Of a DNA stretch of 64,000 nucleotides, positions 36,508 to 45,373 are shown one piece after another. A model generated the notes under the pieces. The model had not been told where the DNA came from. It saw only the letters and a program-made list of their open reading frames with translations, and ran no database searches. Position 1 is the first letter of the stretch; every line of letters starts with the position of its first letter. This DNA comes from an uncultured delta proteobacterium. Its GTDB lineage: Bacteria; Desulfobacterota; Deferrimicrobia; Deferrimicrobiales; Deferrimicrobiaceae. The stretch is from assembly GCA_963760885.1 (NCBI GenBank), contig CAVXEY010000005.1, forward strand, positions 8,641-72,640, read 5' to 3'. The translations under genes were made by a program, and so were the position numbers.

Positions 36508-38318
36508 GAAGGGTTGCTTTCTTCCAATTACTTTCATTATTTCTCATATCCCTTCTTTCAGCTTGTGGTGGTGGAAGCGAGAGTATTGGAGGGCGAGGCG
36601 GGACCGCACCGGTCGCGAAAACACCTGACAGCCACATAATATCTTTCATGCTTCCTCAAGATATAAAAAAGGAAGACATTCGGTACGCTGATGAAGCGCT
36701 CAAAGATCGTTTACATAAAATGGTAATAAGAAAGTTAGAGTCAAAAGTGAAGTTGCCAGAGGAGTCTGAAGAGGATAGACATGTCGATTATATTATTGTG
36801 TTTACCGATCAATCAGGCAATCCTATTCTACCAGACTTGGAGAAAGCAAGAAGCCGCGTTGGAGTCAGAGACCTCGCTCCCCTTGCTGCCAATGAATTAT
36901 CATTCTCCTTCAATTCCCCTGTTTACCCTTGGAGTAGCGAAGAACTGGTTGTTTTGAATACGGTCTTGAGTGATTTTTATACCACCGCAAAGGCGATATA
37001 TGGTAATCCCGCTTTTAATATTAACGTCAACGTAAGGAAAGATCCAAATATTGGGTATGCAGGAATATATTATCCAAGTATTAACGAGATGGTTGTATCT
37101 GATTTTAGTATCGATCATACTGATCCACTTTGCCATGAAATGATTCATGCTTTTCGAGATGACGATATTATATATCTTAATAGTTTTGAAGAAGGAATGA
37201 CCCGGGCTGCTGAGATTGAAGTCTTTAATCGTCTACCAAATTATGAATATTCGGGGGAGAGAAATCACAGTTATACATATGATGTTTTTTATGAAGGTCT
37301 TAACAAAATTACTATTGGATCTAAGAATGGGAACTTTTCTAATGGTTACCAAACTCCCTTATTGTTACGCTATCAATTAACAGGTTATGCATGGGCTAAG
37401 GCCTTACTTGAAAACTCTAACTTTATGATAAATTTCAATAATGAGCTATATGCAAGAATTATTTCCGATCCGTCTACGAATTATACGGAATCTAAGTTAC
37501 TAACAATAGCAGAAACTGTAATGCCCAGTGTGGAGGGAGAACCATTTTTGGCATGGTATAGCAAACAAGGAGTACTTAATACAAACCCACCATATGGGTA
37601 TTTCATATATCAGAGAATAAACCAATTTGATATAGACTTTTTTTATAGAGACACCTACGGAAACGAGACAGCGCAAACCAATGCAACAATCAATTGGTCT
37701 GTCTATGACTATAAAGATGAACTTCTCGATAGCGGTACTGGTATAACTACATCTTATGGATGGGTTTCTTCCTCACCTAATCTACCCATCGGTTACACAG
37801 GTCGCATTAAAATAGTTGCTTCTGCATCTACGCCAGATGGCATCATTACAGATACATCATTTAGAACTGCGGAAGGTGGGCTATGGGGAGATGAACTGGG
37901 GGTATTTGGAGTTGTATCCAATTCTACATCAGGAACATTAACCCTAGCCCCTTTAGATCCCATTAGCACCCCCATAATTGTTCCTGTTATAAATGGGGGA
38001 TTCTCTGCGCCTTCGCTCGAAAATATCAAGGGGAGGATACGTGCTTCCTTTGTGGAACCCTCTGGAGCTGTTATTTCAAGGATCTTCACAAAAGATGCCA
38101 GCAATTATTTTCTCTCCCTCGAGGCGACATCGGTTTCCCTTCCCGCAGCCCCCGCTAACCTGTCGGCTGCTGCGGCCTCGTCCTCCCAGATCAACCTGAC
38201 GTGGACGGATCAGTCCAGCAACGAAACCGGCTTCCAGATCGAGCGGAAGACCGGGGCAGGCGGAACATACGCGCAGATCGGGACAGTAGCCGCCAACGCA
38301 ACGTGCCTACAGCGATAG
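36504..38318 (+). CDS. lipoprotein with HExxH metallopeptidase-like motif and C-terminal FN3 repeat; probably truncated by frameshift
   Basis: Lipobox LSAC. LCHEMIHAF. Low-GC core (~36.6-38.1 kb) between GC-rich ends. Ends inside an FN3 unit. Confidence 0.7.
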   Translation: MRRVAFFQLLSLFLISLLSACGGGSESIGGRGGTAPVAKTPDSHIISFMLPQDIKKEDIRYADEALKDRLHKMVIRKLESKVKLPEESEEDRHVDYIIVFTDQSGNPILPDLEKARSRVGVRDLAPLAANELSFSFNSPVYPWSSEELVVLNTVLSDFYTTAKAIYGNPAFNINVNVRKDPNIGYAGIYYPSINEMVVSDFSIDHTDPLCHEMIHAFRDDDIIYLNSFEEGMTRAAEIEVFNRLPNYEYSGERNHSYTYDVFYEGLNKITIGSKNGNFSNGYQTPLLLRYQLTGYAWAKALLENSNFMINFNNELYARIISDPSTNYTESKLLTIAETVMPSVEGEPFLAWYSKQGVLNTNPPYGYFIYQRINQFDIDFFYRDTYGNETAQTNATINWSVYDYKDELLDSGTGITTSYGWVSSSPNLPIGYTGRIKIVASASTPDGIITDTSFRTAEGGLWGDELGVFGVVSNSTSGTLTLAPLDPISTPIIVPVINGGFSAPSLENIKGRIRASFVEPSGAVISRIFTKDASNYFLSLEATSVSLPAAPANLSAAAASSSQINLTWTDQSSNETGFQIERKTGAGGTYAQIGTVAANATCLQR

Positions 38319-39446
38319 CGGGCGGGTGGAAGGGACGGCGTACTTCTACCGGGTGAGGGCGGTCAACGGCGCCGGGAACTCGGCGTACTCCAACGAGGCG
38401 AGCGCGACGACATCGGCTTGCTCTTCCCGCAGCCCCCGCTAATCTATCCGCCACAGCGGTCTCGGTCGTCGCAGATCAACCTGACTTGGACGGATCAGTC
38501 CAGCCAACGAAACGGGCTTCCAGATCGAGCGGAAGACCGGGGCGGGCGGGACGTACGCCCTGATCGTGACGGCAGCCGCCAACGCAACGGCCTACAGCGA
38601 TACCGGGCGTGCGGAAGGGACGACGTACTTCTATCGGGTGCGGGCGGTCAACGGTGCCGGGAACTCGGCGTACTCCAACGAAGCGAGCGCGACGACGACA
38701 TCTCGGTTTCTCCTCCCGCGGCCCCCGCCATCCTGTCCGCCGCAGCGGTCTCGTCCTCCCAGATCAATCTCACCTGGACGGATCAATCTGATAACGAGGA
38801 CGGGTTCCGGGTCTATCGCGGGACGGACTCCTCGACCGTTACAACCCTCATGGCCACCCTTGGTGTGGGGATCACGAGTTACTCGAATACCGACCTCGCT
38901 GCCTCGACGACCTACTACTACAAGGTAACGACGTTCAACACCGCAGGAGAGTCCGCTGCATCGAACGTTGCCAACGCGACGACCGAACCTCCTCCTGTGA
39001 CCATACCTTTCGCACCCACGAACCTCCAAGCGACCGCCGCATCAAGTTCCGTCATCAACTTGACCTGGAACGATGCCTCCGCCAACGAGACGGGCTTCCA
39101 GATCGAGCGGAAGACCGGTGCGGGCGGGACGTACGCCCTGATCGTCACGACAGCCGCCAACGCAACGGCGTACAGCGACAGCGGGCTTGCGGAAGGGACG
39201 GCGTACTTCTACCGGGTGAGGGCGGTCAACGGGGCCGGGAACTCGGCGTACTCCAACGAGGCGAGCGCGACGACGCCATCCTCCGGAACAGGTGGCGGAA
39301 GCAGCGGTGGTGGCGGTGGCGGCGGATGTTCAATCTCACCTGAAGGGAAATCAAAAGGTGAATCGCCATTGGGAACAATGTTGACCCTATTTTTACCTGG
39401 GATCATTTTGGTTGTGCGAAAGGCAATATACAGGAAGCAAATCTAA
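38305..39446 (+). pseudogene. frameshifted continuation: FN3 repeats plus C-terminal Gly-rich/Cys/TM/basic sorting-like tail
   Basis: The FN3 reading passes through frames 1,2,0,1,0 between 38305 and ~38700. From there an intact ORF runs to 39446, ending GGGGGGGCS...LFLPGIILVVRKAIYRKQI. Confidence 0.65.
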
Positions 39447-39475
39447 CTGTAGGCGATGGGGGAATCGGCATTATG

Positions 39476-39510
39476 AAGGGCGGGGCCGCAAACCCCGCCC
39501 TTTCTGTTTC
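39476..39510 (+). terminator. rho-independent terminator
   Basis: GGGCGGGG-CCGCAAA-CCCCGCCC then TTTCTGTTT. Confidence 0.65.
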
Positions 39511-39595
39511 GATCGTCTTGAGCGTGACCTGCATCCGTTTCGCGAGATCGTAGGGCCGCAAGCATTATCGTCGGTGGACTAAAACGTCGCCCTTT

Positions 39596-40396
39596 TCATC
39601 TGCTGCCTGCCGGCTTCGGTATCGCCGGTTTCGATAGGAAGTCCTTCGCCTTCTTATGCACTCTGTCGAGCAAGGTTTGCTCGTATTCATCGCTGCCGGC
39701 CCCCCCGAATCGCGGGCGAATCATCGGAAGGTCCTTCGGGAACGGCCTTTCGCCCCTAATTTCAGAATAAGAATTGATGTCAGGGATGCCGGCCTTCATC
39801 TGTTCGATCTTTTCCCCGTCCAGGCTCGGATCAAGTTTCATTCGTTCCAGTTCCTTGATCGCGTCCATGCAATACCGCAAAGCGGCGTTGACCGCGTCGT
39901 AATTGCTTTCCACTTTCGTCTTTATTTTTTCGGTAAAAATATTTTTTTCGGCGCCCCGACGATTTATAGAAGTTCGGCCTGGCGCCCGAAGCCAGGTCAA
40001 TTTTTCCGTGAAAAACAGAATCGCTTCATTCAGCGCGGGATCGGCGCTTTTAAGCAAAGTTTCTTCCTGCCCGCTGATTGCATGGTCGAAAGATTGGCTT
40101 CTACTCGACAGCGTGAACCTTGCCGCATTATATTCGCCTCCGGCGGCGTCCAGCGCGGCCTTCGCCATTTTGAAATTTTCTTCCTTCGCGTCCCGGTCCG
40201 CCAGCAGTTCCGGGAGGACTTCTTCCCGTTCCTTCTTCAAGGCCCCGATCTTTTCGGCGGCTTCCGTCCGCGTTGCCAGGACCGCGGCAGCCTTTTCCGC
40301 GCGGAGTTGCTTCACGATTGGAGAATCCTCGGCCTCTTTCAACAGCGCCTCCAATTTTTCTTCCTTTTTCGCGGTCGCTTCTTTCATGCTCGCCAT
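39596..40396 (-). CDS. hypothetical coiled-coil protein (island module)
   Basis: Start set to ATG 40396 (AGGAGG RBS). Last gene of a long - strand gene string. Confidence 0.55.
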   Translation of the reverse strand: MASMKEATAKKEEKLEALLKEAEDSPIVKQLRAEKAAAVLATRTEAAEKIGALKKEREEVLPELLADRDAKEENFKMAKAALDAAGGEYNAARFTLSSRSQSFDHAISGQEETLLKSADPALNEAILFFTEKLTWLRAPGRTSINRRGAEKNIFTEKIKTKVESNYDAVNAALRYCMDAIKELERMKLDPSLDGEKIEQMKAGIPDINSYSEIRGERPFPKDLPMIRPRFGGAGSDEYEQTLLDRVHKKAKDFLSKPAIPKPAGSR

Positions 40397-40427
40397 AATT
40401 CCTCCTTTATGTTTTTCGTCTTGCCGC

Positions 40428-40943
40428 TCAACGAAGCATTTCTGGCTCGTACGCATACGGCGGGAGCGCCTTCCGCTCCGCAGCCGAAAGGAGTCCGTGA
40501 CGGTCGAGGTACGATGCCTCGGACTCGAACCGGGGCAGGTCCTCGGGGTCGATCCCCTCCAGCGAGTCCGGGAGTCCGAGGGTGTAGTACGGCAGGATCG
40601 CCGGGTACTCCTCCCACGGCGGAGCGCCAGTCCCGCCGATCTGCTTCCTGGGCTCCACCATCTCGGGGAGGTGCCACTCCGGGATCCCGGGGACCTTCGC
40701 CTTCGGTGCGTCGTGCTTCCACCATCCCCAGGGCCTCGTTCCGGGATGTTCCTCTACCCACGCGGGGAGGAGCTCATCCCGAAGGCTCTCCCAGGCGGAG
40801 CGGACGGTTTCCTTCTCGCAGGTGAGGGCGAAGATTTCCCACCAGGAGTCCTCCTCCTTCGGCTGCTCGCCCGTGAGGAGGTATTCGCTCACCACCGCGG
40901 AGTACACTGCACGCATCCCCAATCTTTTCTTCACGGTCGGCAT
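40428..40943 (-). CDS. hypothetical protein (island module)
   Basis: 171-aa ORF overlapping the terS stop by 13 nt. Confidence 0.55.
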   Translation of the reverse strand: MPTVKKRLGMRAVYSAVVSEYLLTGEQPKEEDSWWEIFALTCEKETVRSAWESLRDELLPAWVEEHPGTRPWGWWKHDAPKAKVPGIPEWHLPEMVEPRKQIGGTGAPPWEEYPAILPYYTLGLPDSLEGIDPEDLPRFESEASYLDRHGLLSAAERKALPPYAYEPEMLR

Positions 40944-41281
40944 TGTTTGCCTCCATATCCGAGGCGGGGAGGACGAACATCGTCCGGCGTCTCGCTCAAA
41001 TTCAATTCACGGATCAGGCGGGCGAAGATCACCTTGTTCTTCTCTTCCACCGCCACCTCGGGGCGAAGTTTCGGCCCGAACCGCCCCTCGCACGTCAGCC
41101 CGTTTTTCTTAATCAGCGCCCGGGCTTCTTCCGCACGATCCCAGGAGGTCGCGGCCATCTCCAAGAGCTTCAGGTGGTGCGCCTCCATCTCGTACCGGTC
41201 CACCACGGCCGCGTACCACCTCTTCGTCGACGTCCGGAGGTGCGCAGGAGCGTGGAGCTTGCCGTTACCGTTGTTCGTCAT
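40931..41281 (-). CDS. phage terminase small subunit, P27 family
   Basis: 116 aa. Pattern W..VV..YE......LL...A..WDR.EEAR..I...G......RFG.K..PEV... Confidence 0.7.
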   Translation of the reverse strand: MTNNGNGKLHAPAHLRTSTKRWYAAVVDRYEMEAHHLKLLEMAATSWDRAEEARALIKKNGLTCEGRFGPKLRPEVAVEEKNKVIFARLIRELNLSETPDDVRPPRLGYGGKQCRP

Positions 41282-41411
41282 CTATAACCCCCTGTACTGC
41301 ATTGACGGGATACGACGCCAGACAGAGATGAGAGCCCGGTCGGTGAACAGGCCTCATTGGTAGAGGCTGAGGCCGCCCCCCGTATCTCCTTCCATAGCAA
41401 GGGCTTACAGT

Positions 41412-41792
41412 TCATCCTCTCCCCCAACGTTCGCCCTTGTGGTGCTCCTCATGGTGCGCGGTGCATAAACTTTCATGGTTCACGTCCAGGTTATTCAACT
41501 CATTCCCATCCTTGTGGTGCACGAGCACAGCCGCAACCGTCTTCCCTTGCGCCAAGCACCGCTCGCACAACGGATCGGCGACCAGCTTCATCTGACGCAC
41601 CGCCCGCCACGTCCGAGTATGCAAGAGCCGCCGACCTGCATCCTTGTCACGCTCACCGTCGTATGCTCTGGTCTGCTGCTTCATGTACGGCAGGCACTCG
41701 GGACAGCATCGCTCGCCGCGTGCTATAAGGCCCGGGCATCTTCCGGCACGCGGTCCCTTGCCAGGGCATGGATGACGCGGCGCTACCGGCAT
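41412..41792 (-). CDS. phage-type HNH endonuclease
   Basis: Start set to ATG 41792 (AAGGAGAA RBS). C..C...C..C and VHHKDGNELNN...SLCTAHHEEHH. Confidence 0.75.
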   Translation of the reverse strand: MPVAPRHPCPGKGPRAGRCPGLIARGERCCPECLPYMKQQTRAYDGERDKDAGRRLLHTRTWRAVRQMKLVADPLCERCLAQGKTVAAVLVHHKDGNELNNLDVNHESLCTAHHEEHHKGERWGRG

Positions 41793-41956
41793 ACGTTCTC
41801 CTTCGCCTTTGCGTCCTTCTTCTGAATTTCGATGGCATTTCCCTCGCGTAATCTCGCGTAAGAAAATTGGCATCGCGCCTTCTCACACTCGGCGAGGGTT
41901 GCGAGGTCGAGGTAAATACATTCCAACTCACAGCAGGCTATGTATTCGTCGGTCAA
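41783..41956 (-). CDS. small Cys-rich protein conserved between the two islands
   Basis: TTG start, 57 aa. CIYLDLATLAECEKARCQFSYARL aligns with AIYLEVNSLKECEKARCPWTYARR encoded at 48115..48294. Confidence 0.5.
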   Translation of the reverse strand: MTDEYIACCELECIYLDLATLAECEKARCQFSYARLREGNAIEIQKKDAKAKENVCR

Positions 41957-42150
41957 TGGGTCGCCTCGCTTTCGAAGGAATGGAAGAGTGCTTCGTCTTC
42001 GGCCCAAGGGTAGATTTCGGGGAGATTGTTGCGTCGAATTGAGGTCGCCGCATCTTTGAACCTTGAATTTAGGGTCCGAACCTTTTTTTTTTCCCCTTCT
42101 TCGATCCACACCCCATGACAGAATCTATAGATATGGACTTTTCTGACCAT
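41953..42150 (-). CDS. hypothetical small protein
   Basis: 65-aa ORF. Its stop overlaps the next start by 4 nt, but it overlaps the 3' end of 42069..42773 by 82 nt. Confidence 0.3.
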   Translation of the reverse strand: MVRKVHIYRFCHGVWIEEGEKKKVRTLNSRFKDAATSIRRNNLPEIYPWAEDEALFHSFESEATH

Positions 42151-42773
42151 TGAAGGTGTGAGGAATCGGGCGCTTCCCGTGGACTTATCTGTCCACTATT
42201 GAGTGCATCGGCGAGTGCATAGTGGACATCCCTGACCATTGGTAGTGGACATTTTTGACCACCCTTTTTGATCTTCTGATTTCGCTGTTTCTCTTGGAAA
42301 GTTTTGGAGGCGAACCCCTCCTCGTAGGACTCCGGGAAAGGGGTCTCCTTCCAGTCGGGGGTGTCGTAAAGCTGCCATCGGTCTGATAAGGCGTACTTTG
42401 TAAACTCACCTCTCCTTCCGCGTCCCTGCTGGGCTATGTCGATGAACCCGAGTCGATGTAGCTTCCTCACGACTCGGTGGAATGTTCGGGGAAGCACTCC
42501 CCGCCACTCCGCCTGCTGGAACGTAAAACTGATTTCCCCGTTGTTTGTTATTTTGTCGATTCTGCCGATGGGAGAGTCTGTTCCGGGTTTCCGCTTCTTC
42601 TTTTCGTACTTCGCTTCCTCCCAGAACCAGGCGAGGCACTTCACCTCCGCGCCGGTTGTCAGCATCGCAAACGGTTTGCTATCGAGCATCCGATTCGGCA
42701 AGCCGGTGAACCCGTTGCTCGCCTGAAGTCGGAATTGCAGCCATTCCTTCTTCTTTGCGTCCCGATCTTTCAC
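42069..42773 (-). CDS. putative replication initiator-like DNA-binding protein
   Basis: 234 aa. Position between excisionase and packaging genes. Iteron array lies within/next to its 3' end. No motif recognised with certainty. Confidence 0.4.
   Translation of the reverse strand: MKDRDAKKKEWLQFRLQASNGFTGLPNRMLDSKPFAMLTTGAEVKCLAWFWEEAKYEKKKRKPGTDSPIGRIDKITNNGEISFTFQQAEWRGVLPRTFHRVVRKLHRLGFIDIAQQGRGRRGEFTKYALSDRWQLYDTPDWKETPFPESYEEGFASKTFQEKQRNQKIKKGGQKCPLPMVRDVHYALADALNSGQISPREAPDSSHLQWSEKSISIDSVMGCGSKKGKKKRFGP
42133..42262 (+). repeat. four ~18-bp iteron-like direct repeats
   Basis: ATGGACTTTTCTGACCAT (42133), GTGGACTTATCTGTCCAC (42179), GTGGACATCCCTGACCAT (42222), GTGGACATTTTTGACCAC (42245). 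Confidence 0.75.
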
Positions 42774-43147
42774 GCCCCGCCCCCTTGTACTCCGGAGGTG
42801 GTGATCGTCGATCCTGCGGCCTCGGATGGTGAGTTTTGACCCGTGCCGAACCTATATTTTCGACCGGCCTCGGCCAGCTTCGCCTTGCGTTCGGGTGAGA
42901 GGGTCCGTTTCTTCGCCAGGGGATTGATCCCGAGGCGGAAGGGGTGAATGTGGCAGACGGTCCCGTCGAGGAGTTTCCCGGAGCACTCGCGGGGGTGATC
43001 GTCCCCGTTGCACTCGCGACAATGGGATTTAATCTTCAGAAGAGGACGCCCCGCGAGATTCAGGGAGCACGCCTTCGACTCGCAGCGGAAGACCTGGCCG
43101 CCTTTGCATCGGCGACACTCGGCCTTGACCGCCTGTGCGGTTGTCAT
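42770..43147 (-). CDS. Cys-rich (zinc-binding-like) hypothetical protein
   Basis: Start set to ATG 43147. CRRCKGG...C.SKAC...CRECNG...C...C..H. Confidence 0.5.
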   Translation of the reverse strand: MTTAQAVKAECRRCKGGQVFRCESKACSLNLAGRPLLKIKSHCRECNGDDHPRECSGKLLDGTVCHIHPFRLGINPLAKKRTLSPERKAKLAEAGRKYRFGTGQNSPSEAAGSTITTSGVQGGGA

Positions 43148-43350
43148 CCTGCCCGCCGTGCCGGGTCCGTGATATGCGAATTGATGAAGTCGCGGAGCTG
43201 GTCTGCCGGGTAGAAAACGCGGCCGCCAAGTTTGCATATCGGTGGCCCCTCGCCGCGGGATCGTTCGTTAGCGAGGTGATTGACTGTCACCCTCCGGATT
43301 GCTGCCGCCTCTCGCGGTTTCAGTAATTCGGGAAACTTGCTATCCGCCAT
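43144..43350 (-). CDS. excisionase/AlpA-type helix-turn-helix protein
   Basis: Start set to ATG 43350 (GGAGGG RBS). LLKPREAAAIRRVTVNHLANERSRGEGPPICKLGGRVFY. Confidence 0.7.
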   Translation of the reverse strand: MADSKFPELLKPREAAAIRRVTVNHLANERSRGEGPPICKLGGRVFYPADQLRDFINSHITDPARRAG

Positions 43351-43490
43351 CTGCACCCTCCTTGCGTCATTGTCTGAGCATAAGGGTAGCAGAAAATAAG
43401 CGTAAGTCATTGTTTTTGTTGATGTAATCAGGTATCAGGCGGGCTTTGGCAACCCGTGTTTACGCGGTTTCCGACCTTTGGCAACCTATT

Positions 43491-44096
43491 TCATTTCGAG
43501 CGGTCTTCCCCCTTCCTTATGGTGTCGTAAATGAGGGCTCCGGCTTTTGCGTCCGAGATCAATTCACGTTCGTCGATATGGGACGACAGGTGTTTTCCTA
43601 TCGCTTCGCGGATCGTGAGTTGTCTCCGCGTCGTCGCCGCCTGGTACTCCTCGCGATAGTTCTCCGTGTAGATTTCCCATATCCGCTTCCGCACTATGTC
43701 CTTTCCCTTTCCCTTCTGCTTCCCCTTCCGATTGAAGGACACCTTTCCCGTCTTGGGACTTACCCGGCAGCCGAGGGCTGACACCTTCTTTTCGATCTGC
43801 CCCGCTCCTACCGCGAGCCGGAGGATGTAACCGCCGAGTTCATTCAAGGTCGCAGCGAATCGCTTTCGGTCCTCCTCGTCCATCGGAAGGTCACGATTGA
43901 CGATCGCAGCGGCCCTTATGATTTCACCCTTCGCCACTAATTGGTCATATGTTCCGTAAACTGTCAGCGCGGGGATGCACTCCCACAATAAATTTTCCGG
44001 ATCGCCTTTCCATTCCAATCCTGCAAGCATCATCGCCAGGAATGCGTGTTGTCTTCGAGGATGATCGGTGAAGGAAACCTTGTCTTTCGCCATCAT
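43491..44096 (-). CDS. hypothetical protein co-transcribed with integrase
   Basis: 201 aa. ATGA overlap with the integrase stop. Confidence 0.55.
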   Translation of the reverse strand: MMAKDKVSFTDHPRRQHAFLAMMLAGLEWKGDPENLLWECIPALTVYGTYDQLVAKGEIIRAAAIVNRDLPMDEEDRKRFAATLNELGGYILRLAVGAGQIEKKVSALGCRVSPKTGKVSFNRKGKQKGKGKDIVRKRIWEIYTENYREEYQAATTRRQLTIREAIGKHLSSHIDERELISDAKAGALIYDTIRKGEDRSK

Positions 44097-45319
44097 GCAC
44101 CTCCCGCCGTTTCTTTCGCCTCCTTCACTATCCGGCTCATTACATCCGATCCGCGTTTCAGCGCCGCATCGGTCAAGTGCGCGTACCGTTGCGTCATCGT
44201 CGGGCTTTTGTGCGTCAGGAGTCGCTGCAAAGTGTAGAGGTCCACTTCACCGGATGATGCGAGCATGGACGCGAAGACGTGCCGGAGCCCGTGCATCGGC
44301 CGGAAATCTTTCGGGAGCTTCGCTGCCTCGCGGATCGCGCGAAGATTCTTCGATGCGTCGGCTTTCGGGCGGTACTCCTTCGAACCGTCCTTCTTCCGGA
44401 TGACTCGGCCCGGAAAGATATAGGGGCAATCCTTCCGGCGGGGACGATGCTCCAGGAGTTCGCGTGCTTCTTCGGGAAGCGGAATCGTTTGATCCGTCCC
44501 GCCTTTCGGTTCGCGCAGCGTGATAAAGCCGCGCCGGAAGTCCACGTCCTCCCATGTCAGCCGGAAGATTTCCCCGCGGCGCATCCCGGTATAGATCGCC
44601 ATGAGCATGATTTCCCGCGCGTCGGGGTCGAGTGTCGTTTTCGTTCCGTCCTTCTCCGTTACGGTTCCGTCGTGTAGGATCCCCAGGAGCCGCGCCATTT
44701 GCCCCGCGTTTAAGTCCTCCGTTTTTAAGTTGTTCACCTTCGGCATGGTCACGCGGAAGGGGAGGGGATCGCACAGTCGCTTGTTCGCCGCGAAGTTCGA
44801 CAGCCGCCGGAGGAGTTCGAGGACGTTTTTCACCGTCCCCGCTTTCAGTTTCTTCGACAGTTTCATCCGGAGCCGGTCCACGTCGAGGGGGACTATCTCA
44901 CGCGGTTCCTTGTCGCCGAAGGTAGGGGAGAGGTGTTTCGTGAAGTTCGTTTCATCGGTCGCACTTCGCTTCGCCTCCGGCTTCCCCGCCTGGTATTCAT
45001 TCCACAACTTGTCGAAGGTCCACCGCTCCGCGATGGCCTTTTTCTCGGCCCGCTCCGCTTCGCGCCGCTCGCGGTTCGGGAGTACCCGTCCTTTGATTTT
45101 GTCGGAGCGTATGCCCGCGGCGACGGCCTCCGTGATCTTATCCCCGTCCTCCGTCCTGTCGCCCTCGCGCCCGATCTTCTCGAAGTGTTGTTTCCCTGCC
45201 CGGCGATACGAGACATAGAAGATCCGTTGCGGATCGCCCAGGGGATCGGTTCCGAGGATGACGTAGACGCCGGGGTACTTCGTCCGGATCGGGGAGAAGC
45301 TGCGTTTCCGCTCTACCAT
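44093..45319 (-). CDS. tyrosine integrase (family distinct from the other two)
   Basis: 408 aa. AIYTGMRRGE, HGLRHVFASML, LLTHKSPTMTQRYAH. 190 bp from attR. Confidence 0.9.
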   Translation of the reverse strand: MVERKRSFSPIRTKYPGVYVILGTDPLGDPQRIFYVSYRRAGKQHFEKIGREGDRTEDGDKITEAVAAGIRSDKIKGRVLPNRERREAERAEKKAIAERWTFDKLWNEYQAGKPEAKRSATDETNFTKHLSPTFGDKEPREIVPLDVDRLRMKLSKKLKAGTVKNVLELLRRLSNFAANKRLCDPLPFRVTMPKVNNLKTEDLNAGQMARLLGILHDGTVTEKDGTKTTLDPDAREIMLMAIYTGMRRGEIFRLTWEDVDFRRGFITLREPKGGTDQTIPLPEEARELLEHRPRRKDCPYIFPGRVIRKKDGSKEYRPKADASKNLRAIREAAKLPKDFRPMHGLRHVFASMLASSGEVDLYTLQRLLTHKSPTMTQRYAHLTDAALKRGSDVMSRIVKEAKETAGGA

Positions 45320-45353
45320 CTCGCCCTCCTTCGGGCTTTAACCCGAAAATCCA

Positions 45354-45373
45354 CTCATAACAGCACTCATAAC
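45354..45373 (+). repeat. two CTCATAAC boxes spaced 12 bp (right island end)
   Basis: aCTCATAACagcaCTCATAACa. Confidence 0.8.

Noticed and set aside
39656-41363. Long + strand ORFs 39656..40825 and 39903..41363.
   Set aside because: They are antisense to a coherent - strand gene string with RBSs and coupled stops/starts. Their composition is Ser/Arg/Pro-rich and non-protein-like.
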